From the NCBI GenBank assembly GCA_030390025.1, contig CM059432.1, positions 116,128,001 through 116,192,000 of the forward strand: a DNA stretch of 64,000 bases, given 5' to 3'. Of this stretch, positions 37,609 through 49,945 are shown piece after piece. The notes beneath the pieces are model-generated. The model was not told the DNA's origin and ran no database searches. It saw nothing but the letters and a program-made list of their open reading frames with translations. The position numbers and the translations under genes were made by a program. This stretch comes from Squalus acanthias (lineage: Eukaryota). Positions within the stretch are counted from its first letter, which is position 1. Every line of letters begins with the position of its first letter.

Positions 37609-39039
37609 AATGTATTTAAATACATATTTTAGATTATAAGTCACGACAGAGGTGACAATTGACATAAACAATCAAGACCATTTAGAATAAAATTAATAGA
37701 CAATGTGGATTCACGGCAACTTTCTGCATCTTAATATGAATATTAATAATTTACATGATGATTTCTCAGGCATATAAAAAGTGAAATATTTGACTTTGTT
37801 CAATCAAAATATTTTTTGAACTGCATTCATCTTGAAAACCAGCAGAGGGAGACAATGTACTGATATAAACTCAATCAGGCAGCGTTTCCTATTATTGTGT
37901 TAGCGATAAGGGATTGCCTGGTCACAACCCGCATAGAGGGGAATTGTACAGCCTCTGTTATGGCAGTGCAATCCTCCCCACCCTCATTTTCCTCTATGTG
38001 CCGTGCTCAGGCGATCATTTAAGCCACGTGCAGTAACAGGGAAATCTGTCCTAATGTCAGCAAGATCAGGCTCCAACCTGCACGTCAAGACTTCCTGCTA
38101 CAGCGCATCAGGTGCATGTTGGGGATGCGTATCAGGAAAGGCCGTGTCCCCAGCTCATGATGATCAGGAACTCAAGGACTGGGGATAAGGAATCTCTTGG
38201 TGCTCACCAAGGATTCTGAAGCAGAAATTCCCGATAATTGTGTGCCAGAGGCCACCACAACCAACCTGATCCTGGGCTAGACCCACTGAGCAAGTATGTG
38301 TCTGTATTACTAAATAGACTGAGCACCATATGAGCTGATTGGTCGATGAAAGTTGAGATAAACGTTGATCAAGCCATGTTTTGCTTGTTTTCCTGAGGGA
38401 GATTTTCCAATAAGTGTTACTTTGGAAGCCATCAGAGCATCATTCGTATATCAGATGTCCTCAATCTAGAAAAATCCCTGCTACCAATCAGCTTGCAGAT
38501 CTCAAAAAACTTGCATTATTGGGTATGGGTTGGCAGGAATTATCCATCTCATTTTCCACATCATATATAAGGGGGCATTTTAATCCCCGGGTGGGAAGTC
38601 AGTCAGAGGGATGCATGAGCTGCCCGCGCGGGACTCTCCTGGTGCGGGGGTGGGGGGCGTCAACGTTAATGGTCGGGACTCGCTTGCATCCGACAGCCAG
38701 CAGCCTGCCTGAAACAGACGTAAAGACGCAGCTAACCGGTTGCTGGCAGGTGAAGATTGGGCATCCTGGAGGCTGCCAGCCCTCAAGCAACTCGTATGGG
38801 GTGGGGGGGGGGGTGGGGGGAGGTGGGCGGTTTCAACAGGGTCTCGTGGGTGGGAAGGGGTTGGGGAGAACCCAAGGCAGCAGAGGCCCAGACCTTTCTT
38901 GTGTGTCCAGGTCTTCAAAGGTCAGGCTCTGAGTGCCCTGAAGGTGTGTGACTGGTCGAGCCTGGTCACATGCCCACACAGTGATAAATGCCTTTTGGAA
39001 ATGGTGGCACTTGGGGCAGGTTGGGCAGTTGTCTTTCAG

Positions 39040-39840
39040 ACCTGACTATTGGTGACTCGGTCACACGACAGAGTGCAGCAGACGCAGCTCAGGCACCACT
39101 GGTCTGCTGAGTCCATATTTGCTGGGTCTGCTTTCAAAACTGTCCAAATCTCTAAAGCATGCAGGAGAATTGGAGTAATGCAAGTATTATAGGGGTGAGG
39201 TTTTGTTGGGCGTGAGAGATGCGACATCCATATGTTTTTGTCATCACCTAGCGCATCAGCGCAATTCAGAGGTGCTTTAACATGACTCGTGAATCTATGA
39301 TCGCTCCTCGCATTCCACAGGCTCACCTACAATCTCTAGATTAGGCGGACACAGGAGCAAGTCACTAATTGACTAGAATTTTGTTTCCTTCCAATGACTT
39401 GCAAGCCCAAGGGGTCAGCTTCCTCCGCAAGGATTCCAAGGGTCAAGACAAGAATGGCAATAATTTCTGCCAATAGGGCAACAACAAGATCTGCGAAATC
39501 CAGGTCCGCGAAGCAATCACCGCCAATAGAGACTGTGCCCCTTTCGAGAATCCAATCCATGACTGCTTCAAAGGAACTTGGAGTGATGAGGCACTCTTGT
39601 CTGACACCAGTGTTGATTGGAAAAGGCACTCTCTCGTCCCCTCCAATCCTCATCAAGCTGCCAGTGTCCAAGTGTAAGGCAGGAACTACTCATATGAGCT
39701 TTTCAGGGACTCATTTGGAGAATATTTGTCAAAGGACAGATCTGTGCACGGAATCAAATGCTGACTTAAGATCAACATAGGCCACATATAGCGGGCGATG
39801 GTATTCTCGTCTGGTCTGTGGCAGCAGATTGAGCGTCAGT
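39040..39840 (-). mobile_element. Ancient RTE-like LINE RT fragment
   Basis: YVDLKSAFDSV, TGVRQEC and DLDFAD motifs, heavily disrupted. Confidence 0.75.
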
Positions 39841-40475
39841 ATCTGATCAACGGTCGATCTGCCAGCGGTGAAGCCACTTTGCTCTTCCCATCCTAATCAG
39901 CTGAGAAGGAAATGTGCAAATTCCTTTCCTGTAACAGAAAAAAAGGATGATGCTGCGATAGATACCACGCTCAGCTCTGATGGATCGGTCGTCTACTGAC
40001 ACGTTATAGCTGTAATTATAATTGAAAGGTTTGGCACATTTGCTTCTGAAAACAGTTACACGTAAAAGAGCTGCAACACAACCTAGCTGCATAAAGCATT
40101 GCCTTTTAATGATGGGCTGCAACTTCCAAACATATTTGTCACTTTATACATAATCCTTTAATTTACAACTGTACCTAATACAAGGGAACAAACCTGAACT
40201 GGAGGAGGAGTCAGGAATTGCAAGTCTGTGACTCCAAGGAGGAGGCCACCCTGACAGCCACCCTTATAAGAGCATCAAAGAGGTGAGAAACCGAAACCAC
40301 GGGCCTCCCCAAGCTGTACCATCCTGCTCTTACATCTTGCTCCCTTCTCATTCACTGCCACACAGACATACACACAATCACACCAACAACGTCCTCAGTA
40401 TTTTCTTATGAGACCCTCTGTTGGAAGATGTCTCTTGAAAAGAACATAAGATTAGTCACTCTTCTGTCATTATAG

Positions 40476-40605
40476 ACGTGGTACCATGGACTTCCAATGC
40501 CACCAGTGGGCCAGATCAAGAAGAGCACCTCACGGTACCCCGCGTCCCTCACACCATCCTTTGCAAGTACCAGCACGCTTGCACACATCCGAGAGGATAC
40601 CGTTG
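40476..40605 (+). CDS. Candidate coding exon of an unidentified host gene (130 nt)
   Basis: cttctgtcattatag acceptor and G|gtgagc donor. CpG-retaining and open in all three frames. The frame continuing the phase-1 reading of 36189-36275 gives DVVPWTSNATSGPDQEEHLTVPRVPHTILCKYQHACTHPRGYR. Confidence 0.45.
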
Positions 40606-42010
40606 GTGAGCCTGGAATAAATCATTTCATAAACACAATAGGATTTGTAAAGGTTTAAGCAGATGACGTGTGTATAAGTAGGAAGATGGTTGAATTGAGT
40701 TGTTGCCATGTAATGCCATGCTTCTGGGGAAACTTGCTGGTAGCCAGGCTTGGCTGCTGAAAGTTCTCACCATGCTGCAATGTATGCGATTTCTGGCTGT
40801 GCTAGTGTACTGAGCTGACTCCTGACCTGACTGCAGTTTCTAGGAGTAAATCAATGTGAAGGGTACGAGCCAGGTCAGTCTGGAAATCTGTGGTACAATT
40901 AGTCATCGGTGAGAGCACATACTGCATGCAGATATGTGGCCTGCTATGTTTTTCCATCTGCAATAAACAGGCAGCCTCCATACAGACCACATTCCTTTTT
41001 TGGCAGCTGGCCCCAAATCTTCAAGCAAGCCAGAGATCAATAAATTTTAAAATCCTGCCTGCAGACTATATTATTCACTGTGCAGTTTCATGGACATTTT
41101 CATCAATCTAATTGATATGCATTGCCAAGCTGGGAGGTGAGACTTATCCCCATTACAGCAATGCAGTGATTCCTCGTCACTCCGTTTGAATCGTTGATAA
41201 TAAGCATGTTTCTCTCCAGTGAGAGTGCTTTTGCAGCTCCCTGACTGGAGGCACCAGCTCTCTCTCTAGAGAATGGGACCCTGGAAATACATGCAGGGTT
41301 TGCACATTAAAGGCCGGGCAACTGTGCTTCCCACCCTCACCCAATGCCAGGTTAGAAAATCTGGGTGGTGGTTGTGTGCGATCTCACAGATCACAGGGAG
41401 GCCCCGGGCTGCTCTGGAGTTTTGTTATTTTACTTTGGGGCGTCATAGACAAGATTTGGCATTGAGGGACATGAGGTAGATCTTCTTCTCTACCATCAGG
41501 ATGTGAGTTATCGCCTGGGAAAAGCGCAGAGAGGAAAATCGGCAGGCAAGGGTCGCAGGCTGGTAATAGAGCCCGTCTGATTTTCCTGCAATAATTTAAT
41601 TGGAGGGAAAATCGTGCGGGATCCGTAATTGGTGTGCAATTCTCCCCGCCTGATATTTCGTTCTGCACACCACCCAGACAATATATTACGCCCAGGCGGT
41701 ACAGACGAAAGTCTACCCCATGTCCTTGTGAAGGCTGATCATTCTCCCAGGAGATATTGGGGAAGAAATTCAACTTCATTTCTTGGGCGTGAAATGAACG
41801 ATGGGGGACGAATTTTGGGTCGTGATCTTCTGCGCTTGTCTCCTGCAAGTGTGCCGGCCACCATTTTGAATTGGGTGACTTTTGCTTGTTGAATGATGGG
41901 AGCACTGAATTCAATCATCCTTAAGCCCACCCAGTAATTTTTGGTGCCAACAGTGGGGAAGCAGGCTGCAGCAGCATTATTTACAGGGATCCTCAGCTGC
42001 ATTCCGATAA

Positions 42011-42450
42011 GTGTCAGCCGTGGCTCAGTGGGCAGCACCCTCGCCTCTGAGTCAGGAGGTTGTCCCACTCCAGAGACTTGAGCACAAAAATCTAGGCTGA
42101 CACTCCCGTGCAGTGCTGAGGGAGTGCTGCACTGTCGGAGGTGCCGTCTTTCAGATGAGACGTTAAAACAAGGCCCCATCTGCTCTCTCAGGTGGATGTA
42201 AAAGATCCCCCGGCACTATTTTGAAGAAGAGCAGGGGAGTTATGTCCGGTATCCTGGCCAATATTTATCCCTCAATCAACAAAACATAAACAGATTATCT
42301 GGTCATTAACCCATTGCTGTTTGTGGGAGCTTGCTGTGTGCAAATTGGCTGCCGCATTTCCTACAGTACAGCAGTGACTGTACTTCATTGGCTGTAAAGC
42401 GTTTGAGACGTCCTGAGGTCGTAAAAGGCCCTATATAAATGCAAGTCTTT
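42011..42450 (+). mobile_element. tRNA-headed Deu-domain SINE (SacSINE1-like)
   Basis: A-box TGGCTCAGTGG, core GCCGTCTTTCAGATGAGACGTTAAA..GGTGGATGTAAAAGATCCC and an L2-like tail TATATAAATGCAAGTC. The B-box appears deleted. Confidence 0.85.
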
Positions 42451-42590
42451 ATTTAGTCTTAAGTCTCTGGTTAGTTGTTTTAGGCTGCTAGTGTGCTTGT
42501 AGGTCTTTTCTTAGATTTTGTGGCTGAAATGGTTATGTTCCAAACTCGTGGACATTGACTATTTGGAGTTTCAGCTCATCATTGGTGACA

Positions 42591-43354
42591 TTGGCCCGGG
42601 TTTCGCAGTCAGCAGCGAAGTGACAGTGCTCGCCGCTGACCTCAAAGAAAGCTGCCCACAAAGATCTAGCGACCTCCGTGGTGTGGATTTCACCTTTCCT
42701 GACATTAATTTTATTCTGGCGCCATGTATAGAGGATCGCCAGCATCCAGCAACAGTGATGTCATCAAGCAGGCTAAGCAGCCAATCACATTGAAGAATTC
42801 TCACAGACAGCAAACCAGGAAGTAAAAAGCACTGATTATCCTTCACTTTTTAATCATTTTACAGAGAGTAAAATAAAGATTGGGCCATACACATGGGATT
42901 AAGGTAGAAACTGAAATATCATAAACAAATTAAAAATTTTTTTTTTTTTTAAATCTATGGGAATTTGTATCATAATGGAGAAATTTGACATTCCACAAAT
43001 ATAAAATTAGTTTTTCAGGGCCAGAGAGGTTGTTCAGCAGTAATTATGACTTAGTTCACCGTTAAAAACCCAGTTACACCTCATTCAACAAGGCTTAACT
43101 TTTTCAGGGGCTTTTACAGTGAGATTAGAGAGCAAAAAATGGAAGTTCACGTCAATTCAAGTGATTTGTAAGATTTCCATCTGTGAGGAATAACAGCGCA
43201 CCCTGTGGAGGAGCGGGGAATCACTGACAGCTGCTTCTAGATTTCTGCGTTTAACTGCGCATGTGCGGACACCAGAAGTTGCTGTCAGTTTCACAGAGTA
43301 ATGACGGCGAACGCTTACAGTTTCGTCATCATGGCAATCGCAATTTCAGGGCCA
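42591..43354. mobile_element. Probable Harbinger-type MITE
   Basis: Imperfect ends GGCCCGGGTTTCGC / GCAATTTCAGGGCC around an AT-rich core. Confidence 0.5.
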
Positions 43355-43356
43355 AT

Positions 43357-43730
43357 ATGGGTGTGTTGCTCATTCTGCCACTGGGGCTGGGGGATGAGGA
43401 GCAAGAAGAGCAGCAAGGAAGAGGACAGAGACCTGTAGCTGCTGGCAGAGAAAGTGAAGGAAGGGAGGGTGTATGTAGGAGGTCTTACACAGAACAGGGT
43501 TCCACAATAGATATTGTACCTCAACTTAACTGAGGAGCAGTGTGTCTGGGAGCTGCGCTTCACCAGGGAGGCTGTGACAGAGCTATGTCGCTTGTTACAG
43601 CAACAACTGCAGCCCAGCGCCGGGGCAGGCACATCACACCTGTGGCTGTAAAGGTCACTGTGGCCCTGAATTTCTGCACCTTGGGGTCATTCGAGGCAGC
43701 AACAGGTAACATAAGCAACATAAGTCATGG
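43357..43730 (+). pseudogene. Harbinger (HARBI1-like) transposase N-terminal remnant
   Basis: YLNLTEEQC..LRFTREAVTELCRLLQ..PVAVKVTVALNF..GSF across frameshifts. Confidence 0.75.
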
Positions 43731-44934
43731 GATCTTTCATGTCCACTTGAACAGGCGGAGTAAAGGTCTCCCCTGCAAGATACCTCCTCCAACAATGCAG
43801 CGCTTCCTCAGATTATCCATGCTCTGCGAAAGGATTGGGCTTGGTGGATGGAACGGCCTTCTCTAGTTCTATGTTCCCTGGTATTCTTGTGCTCTTACAT
43901 GAAGTTGAGAGTTTTACACGGTTCTCAGCTATTAATTGGTGTGTTCTTTCTTTCCAGTTAAAAGCAACACCTAAGTAGCCCTTTCACCACCACAAGTTTA
44001 GGTTTGAACAGATAGTTTTATCTAGAATTTTTGGCAGCTTATTTTTTTCCCCTTAAATAGTAGCACTTCACAACCATGCAGAGTATTTTGAATTTAGGAA
44101 ATATTGAACATTTTTGTATAGTGATAAAAAAAAATGTCTGCTAATTACAACTGCATAATAACCCAAGTAAAGTGCTGATGCTATGTGCGTGCCTGCAAGT
44201 AACTAGTGAAAAGGTTAATACTGATATATCTTCTAAATGACATAGATCTTCTGTGAGGTGCCTGGATTCTGAAACCAAGGTGATTAGTGACCTACTTGAA
44301 GAGCCCTGAGGCAAAGATTAGCACCAAGGCTTCATCTCAAAGCCACAACCCCAGTTCACACAAAATGTCAAATAGAATGATGGCAGGAAAAATATTTGTA
44401 GCAACGCTTTTTAAAATTCCAGCTTGTATATCACCTTCACTTAAATTACTTGACAATTCTTCAGTTATAGAGTCAACAAAACTGTGCTATCAGCTAATAC
44501 TTTAGCAACAGACCCATCAAATTGTTTGAAGCTTTTGTGAGTCTAATGAAAGGTACCACTGTTCATTTCTTCCTAACTTTCTCCCCGCCAGCCTGAAGGC
44601 ATTGAATCCTTGCTGGAGCACTGACAGCCCTTTGTTACCTCACCCAAGTGGCCATTATGTGTCCGCCAGCGAGTTCACATAGCAACTGCAATCATTTTAA
44701 CAGATATATATAAACTCATGCAGTACTAGATTGAAAATTTAGCTTTGTATCTTTTCCATTTATCTTCCAGGAGTTCTGTGCTGTGAACGTTCTGCCCTGA
44801 ATTGAAGAGGAAATCATTTTACCTTTGATTTAATTTGGCATTCTAAAATTAAAAATAGTAAAATGGATAAGAATGCATTATCTGACTTTGTCCCTTAACA
44901 CTCTTAGGCCACTGGTTTTCTTGAACAGATTGCT

Positions 44935-45380
44935 TTTACATAGGATTACATAGGATATACGGCACAGAAACAGGCCGTTCGGCCCAACCAGTCCATGCCG
45001 GCATTTATGCTCCACTCGAGCCTCCTCCCGTCTTTCCTCATCTAACTCTATCAGCATAACCCTCTATTCTCTTCTCCCTCATATGCTTGTCTAGCCTCCC
45101 CTTAAATACATCTCTACTATTCACTTCAACCACTCCCTTTGCTTTGCTTCTTGCAGTCACAGATGTGTTGTACTTCTTCTTTCTGTTGGAAAGGGGGTGC
45201 AGGAACCGAGCGACCTGGGCATGTATGTACACAAATCTTTGAAGGTGGCAGGACAAGTTGAGAAGACTGTTAAAAAAGCGTACGGAATCCTTGGCTTTAT
45301 AAACAGAGGCATAAAGTACAAAAGCAGGGAAGTTATGCTAAACCTTTTATAAATCACTGGTTCGACCCCAGTGGGAGTAT
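44935..45380. mobile_element. Two short CR1 fragments (3' end on -, RT piece on +)
   Basis: FKGRLDKHMREK with a short-repeat tail, and YGILGFINRGIKYKSREVML. Confidence 0.75.
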
Positions 45381-45656
45381 TGGCCGTGATATTTACAGGG
45401 AGGTGGGGAGGGATCAGTGGGGCGCGGTAAAGAGGGAAACTCAGAAATCCCGGAGACGTAGAGGTCCTGCCAAATTTAACGGTAGGATCTCATCACCATT
45501 TTGTTATTCTGATTCCTGCCCGGCAGCGGGCCAAGTTAACAGGCTGGCTGGCTGCCAGGTGGCAAAGCCAGCGGCAGAAGGCCGCAGCCGGGGACCATTG
45601 GGGGTTGGCCGATCACAGAGTAGGTGGCTCGAGATCGGGGGTTGGGGGGGGGGGGT

Positions 45657-47025
45657 CATAGGAACATAGGAACAGGAGTAGGCCATTCAGCCCCTTGAGT
45701 CTGTTCCACCATTCAATGAGATCATGGCTGATCTGTATCCTAACTCCATCCACCCACCTTGGCTCCATATCCCTTAATACCCTTAGCTAGCAAAAGTCTA
45801 TCGATCTCAAATTTAAAATTATTAATTGAGCTAGCATCTACTGCTTTTTGTGGGAGAGAGTTCCACACTTCTACCACCCATTGCGTGAAGAACTGTTTCC
45901 TAACTTCTCTCCTGACTGGCCTGGCTCTGATTTTAAGGTTATGACCCCTTGTCCGAGACTCTTCCACCAGCAGAAAAAGTTTCTCTCTGTCTACCCTATC
46001 AATTCCTTTCAAGATTCTAAAAACCTCAATCAAATCATCCCTTAACCTTCTATATTCCAGGGAATACAAGCCTAGTTTATGTAAAGTCTCCTGATAATCT
46101 AAACATTGGAGTTCTGGTAACATTCTGGAGAATCTGCACTGGACTCCTTCCAAGGCCAATATATCCTTTCTAAGGTGCGGTGCCCAGAACTATACACAGT
46201 GCTCCAGATGTGGTCTAGACAAGGCTTTGTATAGCTGTAGCAAAACTTCCTCCCCTTTATATTGTAGCCCTCTAGATATAAAGGCTAACATTCCATTAGC
46301 CTTTTTGATTATTTTTTGTACCTGATCACCACATTTTAGTGATCTGTGTACATGGACCCCTAAATCTCTTTGGACCTCCACTGTTCCCAGCTTTTCACCA
46401 TTTAAATAATACTCGGATCTATCCTTCTTTGTTCCAAAATGGATGATCTCCCACTTACCTGTGTTGAAATCCATCTGGCACAGTTTCGCTCACTCACTTA
46501 ATCTATCAATGTCTCTGTAATTTAATGCTCCTGTCTGCACTACTTACTATGCCACCAATCTTTGTGTCATCAGCAAACTTGGATATACAGCTCTCTATTA
46601 TGTTATCTAAGTCATGAATAGATGAGGCCCCAGCACAGATCCTTGTGGGACATCACTAGTCACTTCCTTCCAATTCGAGTACACACCCATTATCCTGCTC
46701 TCTGTCTTCTACTGCCTAACCTCCTAACCAGGTCAATAATTTGCCTTCAGTTCCATGAGCTTTAATTTTTTGTTAACAGTCTCTTATGTGGAACCTTATC
46801 GAATGCCTTCTGGAATTCCATATCAACAACATCCATAGACATTACCCCATCTACTACTTTAGTTGCTTCCTCAAAAAATTCAAATAGGTTCATTAGACAT
46901 GACCTGCCCTTTATAAATCCATGTTGGCTCTCTCTAATAATCTACTCAAAATTTCTCTAAGTGCTCAGTCACTTTGTCCTTAATTATAGATTCCAATATC
47001 TTATCCACAACAGATGTTGACTAGC
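45657..47025 (-). mobile_element. CR1 LINE RT to 3' end, inside a GC-rich Harbinger-like element (about 45383-47469)
   Basis: ORFs 45740-46159 and 46190-46474, (CCTATGTT)n tail. Confidence 0.9.
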
Positions 47026-47499
47026 AGGTCGGTAGATTGTGGTGCAGGTGGCTCGAGATCGGGGGTTGGGGCAGCAGATTACGGCCGTGATTGTCAGAAG
47101 GTTTGCTTGAGGGACCGGGGGTAGCACTCCTGCTCCTCCTGGCTCACAAGGAGTGCTTTAAAAAAACACTTACCTCCTGCAGCCAGCTGCTCCCGTCTCC
47201 ATTTCGTTGCCGGGTTTCACAAGCCCTGGGACACCTGGCCGCCAACCGTTACATTTAAATCAGGCTCCCAATTTCCCCGTCGAGCCTGATTTAAATATTA
47301 TAATGAAGTGTCTCGCCTCTCCAAGAGGGAAGACAGGCATGCCATGCAACCAGCTGCTGTAAAAATGGCAGCAGGCACTTGTACGGTGGGTTGGGGGTCA
47401 GGTTTTGCAATTTTTCATTTTTAACCCAACCCTCTCCCACCCATTATGGGGGGTTAATATCGACCCCACTGTGAGAGGGTGCAGAAGAGATTGACGAGA

Positions 47500-49260
47500 A
47501 TAGTTTAAGATTTTGATTTTAACCTAGAACTTTAAACACTGTCGTTAACAGAAGCTGCCTGCCAGTGGCAGTTAACTGTCAGTCAGCTGCAAGTGTTTGT
47601 CTTGAATAGGCGCTAATCACTGGGAGCAGGGGAGCTGAGTCAACACTTGTAAATTGGGTGAGGCTCCTAAAGTGCAAGAGTATAAGAGTAAACAGGTCTG
47701 CAGAGTGGGATTAAAACGCAGTGTACTTAAACAGAGTGTTTTATTTGGGAATTAGGAGAAGAGGGGGAAGGAGTTGCTGCTTTTTGCCTACACTACTTGT
47801 AGTGCTTTGTGTTACAGGTAGATATTTAATTTCAGTACCCATAACTTAATCTAGATCAAGCAAGTAGTCAAGAAACTACACTGTAAACTAAGTTACCTAG
47901 TTACAAATTTAATTGTAATTAAGTAAAACTAGGTCGTATAGGGATGGCAGTGCAGGTGGCGTGCCGCAATTGCAGTATATGGGAGTTTGTAGAGAGCATT
48001 GTGATCCCGGACAATCATGTTTGCAGTAAGTGCCTGCATCTTGTTGAACTTCAGCTCAGAGTTGTTGAGTTGGAGTCTGAGGTGCAGACATTGTGGGGCA
48101 TCAGGGAGGGGGTCAGGAAGGGACAGAGAGAGTAACAAAGCTAATAAGGCATCAGTGACTAAGGTGACATCTATGCCAAATAGAAATAAGTCAAAGCTAA
48201 AGGCACTATATCTGAAAGCGCGAAGCATTTGCAACAAAATAGGTGAATTAATAGTGCAGATAGAAATTAACAGGTTTGATCTAACAGCCATTACGGAGAC
48301 GTGGTTGCAAAGTGGATAAAGACAGTAGAGAGAAAGGATCTTAGCTCTGAAAATCAAGAAGTAGAATCAGTTTAGGTGGAGAAAGGGGCAGAAAACATTG
48401 GTGGAAGTTGTTTATAGGCCCCAAACAATAGTTGTAATGTCGGGCAGTGTATGAATCAGGAAATTAGAGGCGCATGTAACAAGGGTAATACAGTAATCAT
48501 AGGGGACTTTAATCTACATATAGACTGGGCAAACCAAATTTGCAGTAATAGTGTGGAGGACGAATTAATGGAATCTATGCAAGATAGTTTTCTAGATCAG
48601 TATGTTGAGGAACCAACTAGGGAACAGGCTATTTTAGATCTAGATTTAAGATCTAATTAATTAACAACCTTGTAGTAAAGGGGCCTTTAGGGAAGAGTGA
48701 CCATAATATGATAGAATTTTATATTCAGTTTGAAAGTGATTTAGTTAAATCCGAAACTAGGGTCTTAAATCTAAACAAAGCAAACTATGTAGGTATGAGG
48801 GGCGAGTTAGCCAAGGTAGATTGGGAAACTACATTAAAATGTATGACATTAGACAAGCAATGGCTAGCATTTAAAGAATTAATACATAATTTACAACAAA
48901 TATACATTCCTTTAAGGCACAAAAACCCCACAGGAAAAGTGGTCCAACCGTGGCTAACAAGAGAAGTTAAAGATAGTATTAGATCAAAAGAAGAGGCTTA
49001 TAATGTTGCCAAAAAGAGTAGTAAGCCTGAGGATTGGGAGGATTTTAGAATTCAGCAAAGGAGGACCAAGAAATTGATAAAGAAAGGGAAAATAGAATAT
49101 GAGAGTAAACTAGCGAGAGACATAAAAAGACAGTAAATGCTTCTATAGGTATGTAAAAAGGAAAAGGTTAGTGTAAGTAAATGTGGGCCCCCTACAGGCT
49201 GAGACAGGAGAAATTATAATGAGGAATAAGGAAATGGCAGAGAAATTAAACAAATACTTT
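47500..49260 (+). mobile_element. CR1 LINE 5' part: UTR, ORF1 zinc-finger start, then ORF2 endonuclease after internal deletions
   Basis: CRNC..CSKC plus a leucine-rich stretch (47944-48135). ARSICNK, AITETWL, GDFN and SDHN motifs follow. Confidence 0.85.
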
Positions 49261-49459
49261 GGGCTGGATTTTGCCAGCGCTCAGAGGTTGTGTTTGGAGG
49301 CGGGTCCACTGTCAAAATAGCAAAGATTGACAGCGGGTAGGAAACCTGCCTCCACGCGAGTCTCCCAGGTGTCGGGTCTGTCAGCGGAGAACTGACCCGA
49401 CACCAAGTGGCGGGGGAGACAATTGAGATCATTAAATGGCTTGGTAATAGCCAATTTAA
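49261..49459. mobile_element. Harbinger-type element end
   Basis: Begins GGGCTGGATTTTGCC. Cut off by a CR1 3' tail. Confidence 0.7.
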
Positions 49460-49945
49460 CATAGAAACATAGAAAAATAGGAGCAGGAATAGGCCATTTG
49501 GCCCTTCGAGCCTGCTCCGCCATTCAATATGATCATGGCTGGTCCTCTATCTCAATACCATATTCCCGCTCTCTCCCCATACCCCTTGATGCCTTTTTGT
49601 GTCTAGAAATCTATCTATCTCCTTCTTAAATATATTCAGTGACTTGGCCTCCACAGCCTTCTGTGGTAGAGAATTCCATAGGTTCACCACCCTCTGAGTG
49701 AAGAAATTTCTCCTTATCTCAGTCCTAAATGTCCTACCCCGTATCCTGAGACTGTGACCCCTCGTTCTAGACCCCCCAGCCAGGGGAAATATCCTCCCTG
49801 CTTCCAGTCTGTCTAACCCTGTCAGAATTTTATACGTTTCAATGAGATCCCCTCTCATTCTCATAAACTCTAGTGAATACAGGCCTAGTTGGCCCAATCT
49901 CTCCTCATATGACAGTCCTGCCATCCCAGGAACCAGTCTGGTGAA

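Noticed and set aside
42011..42080. tRNA-like sequence
   Set aside because: It is a SINE head, with no B-box or complete cloverleaf.
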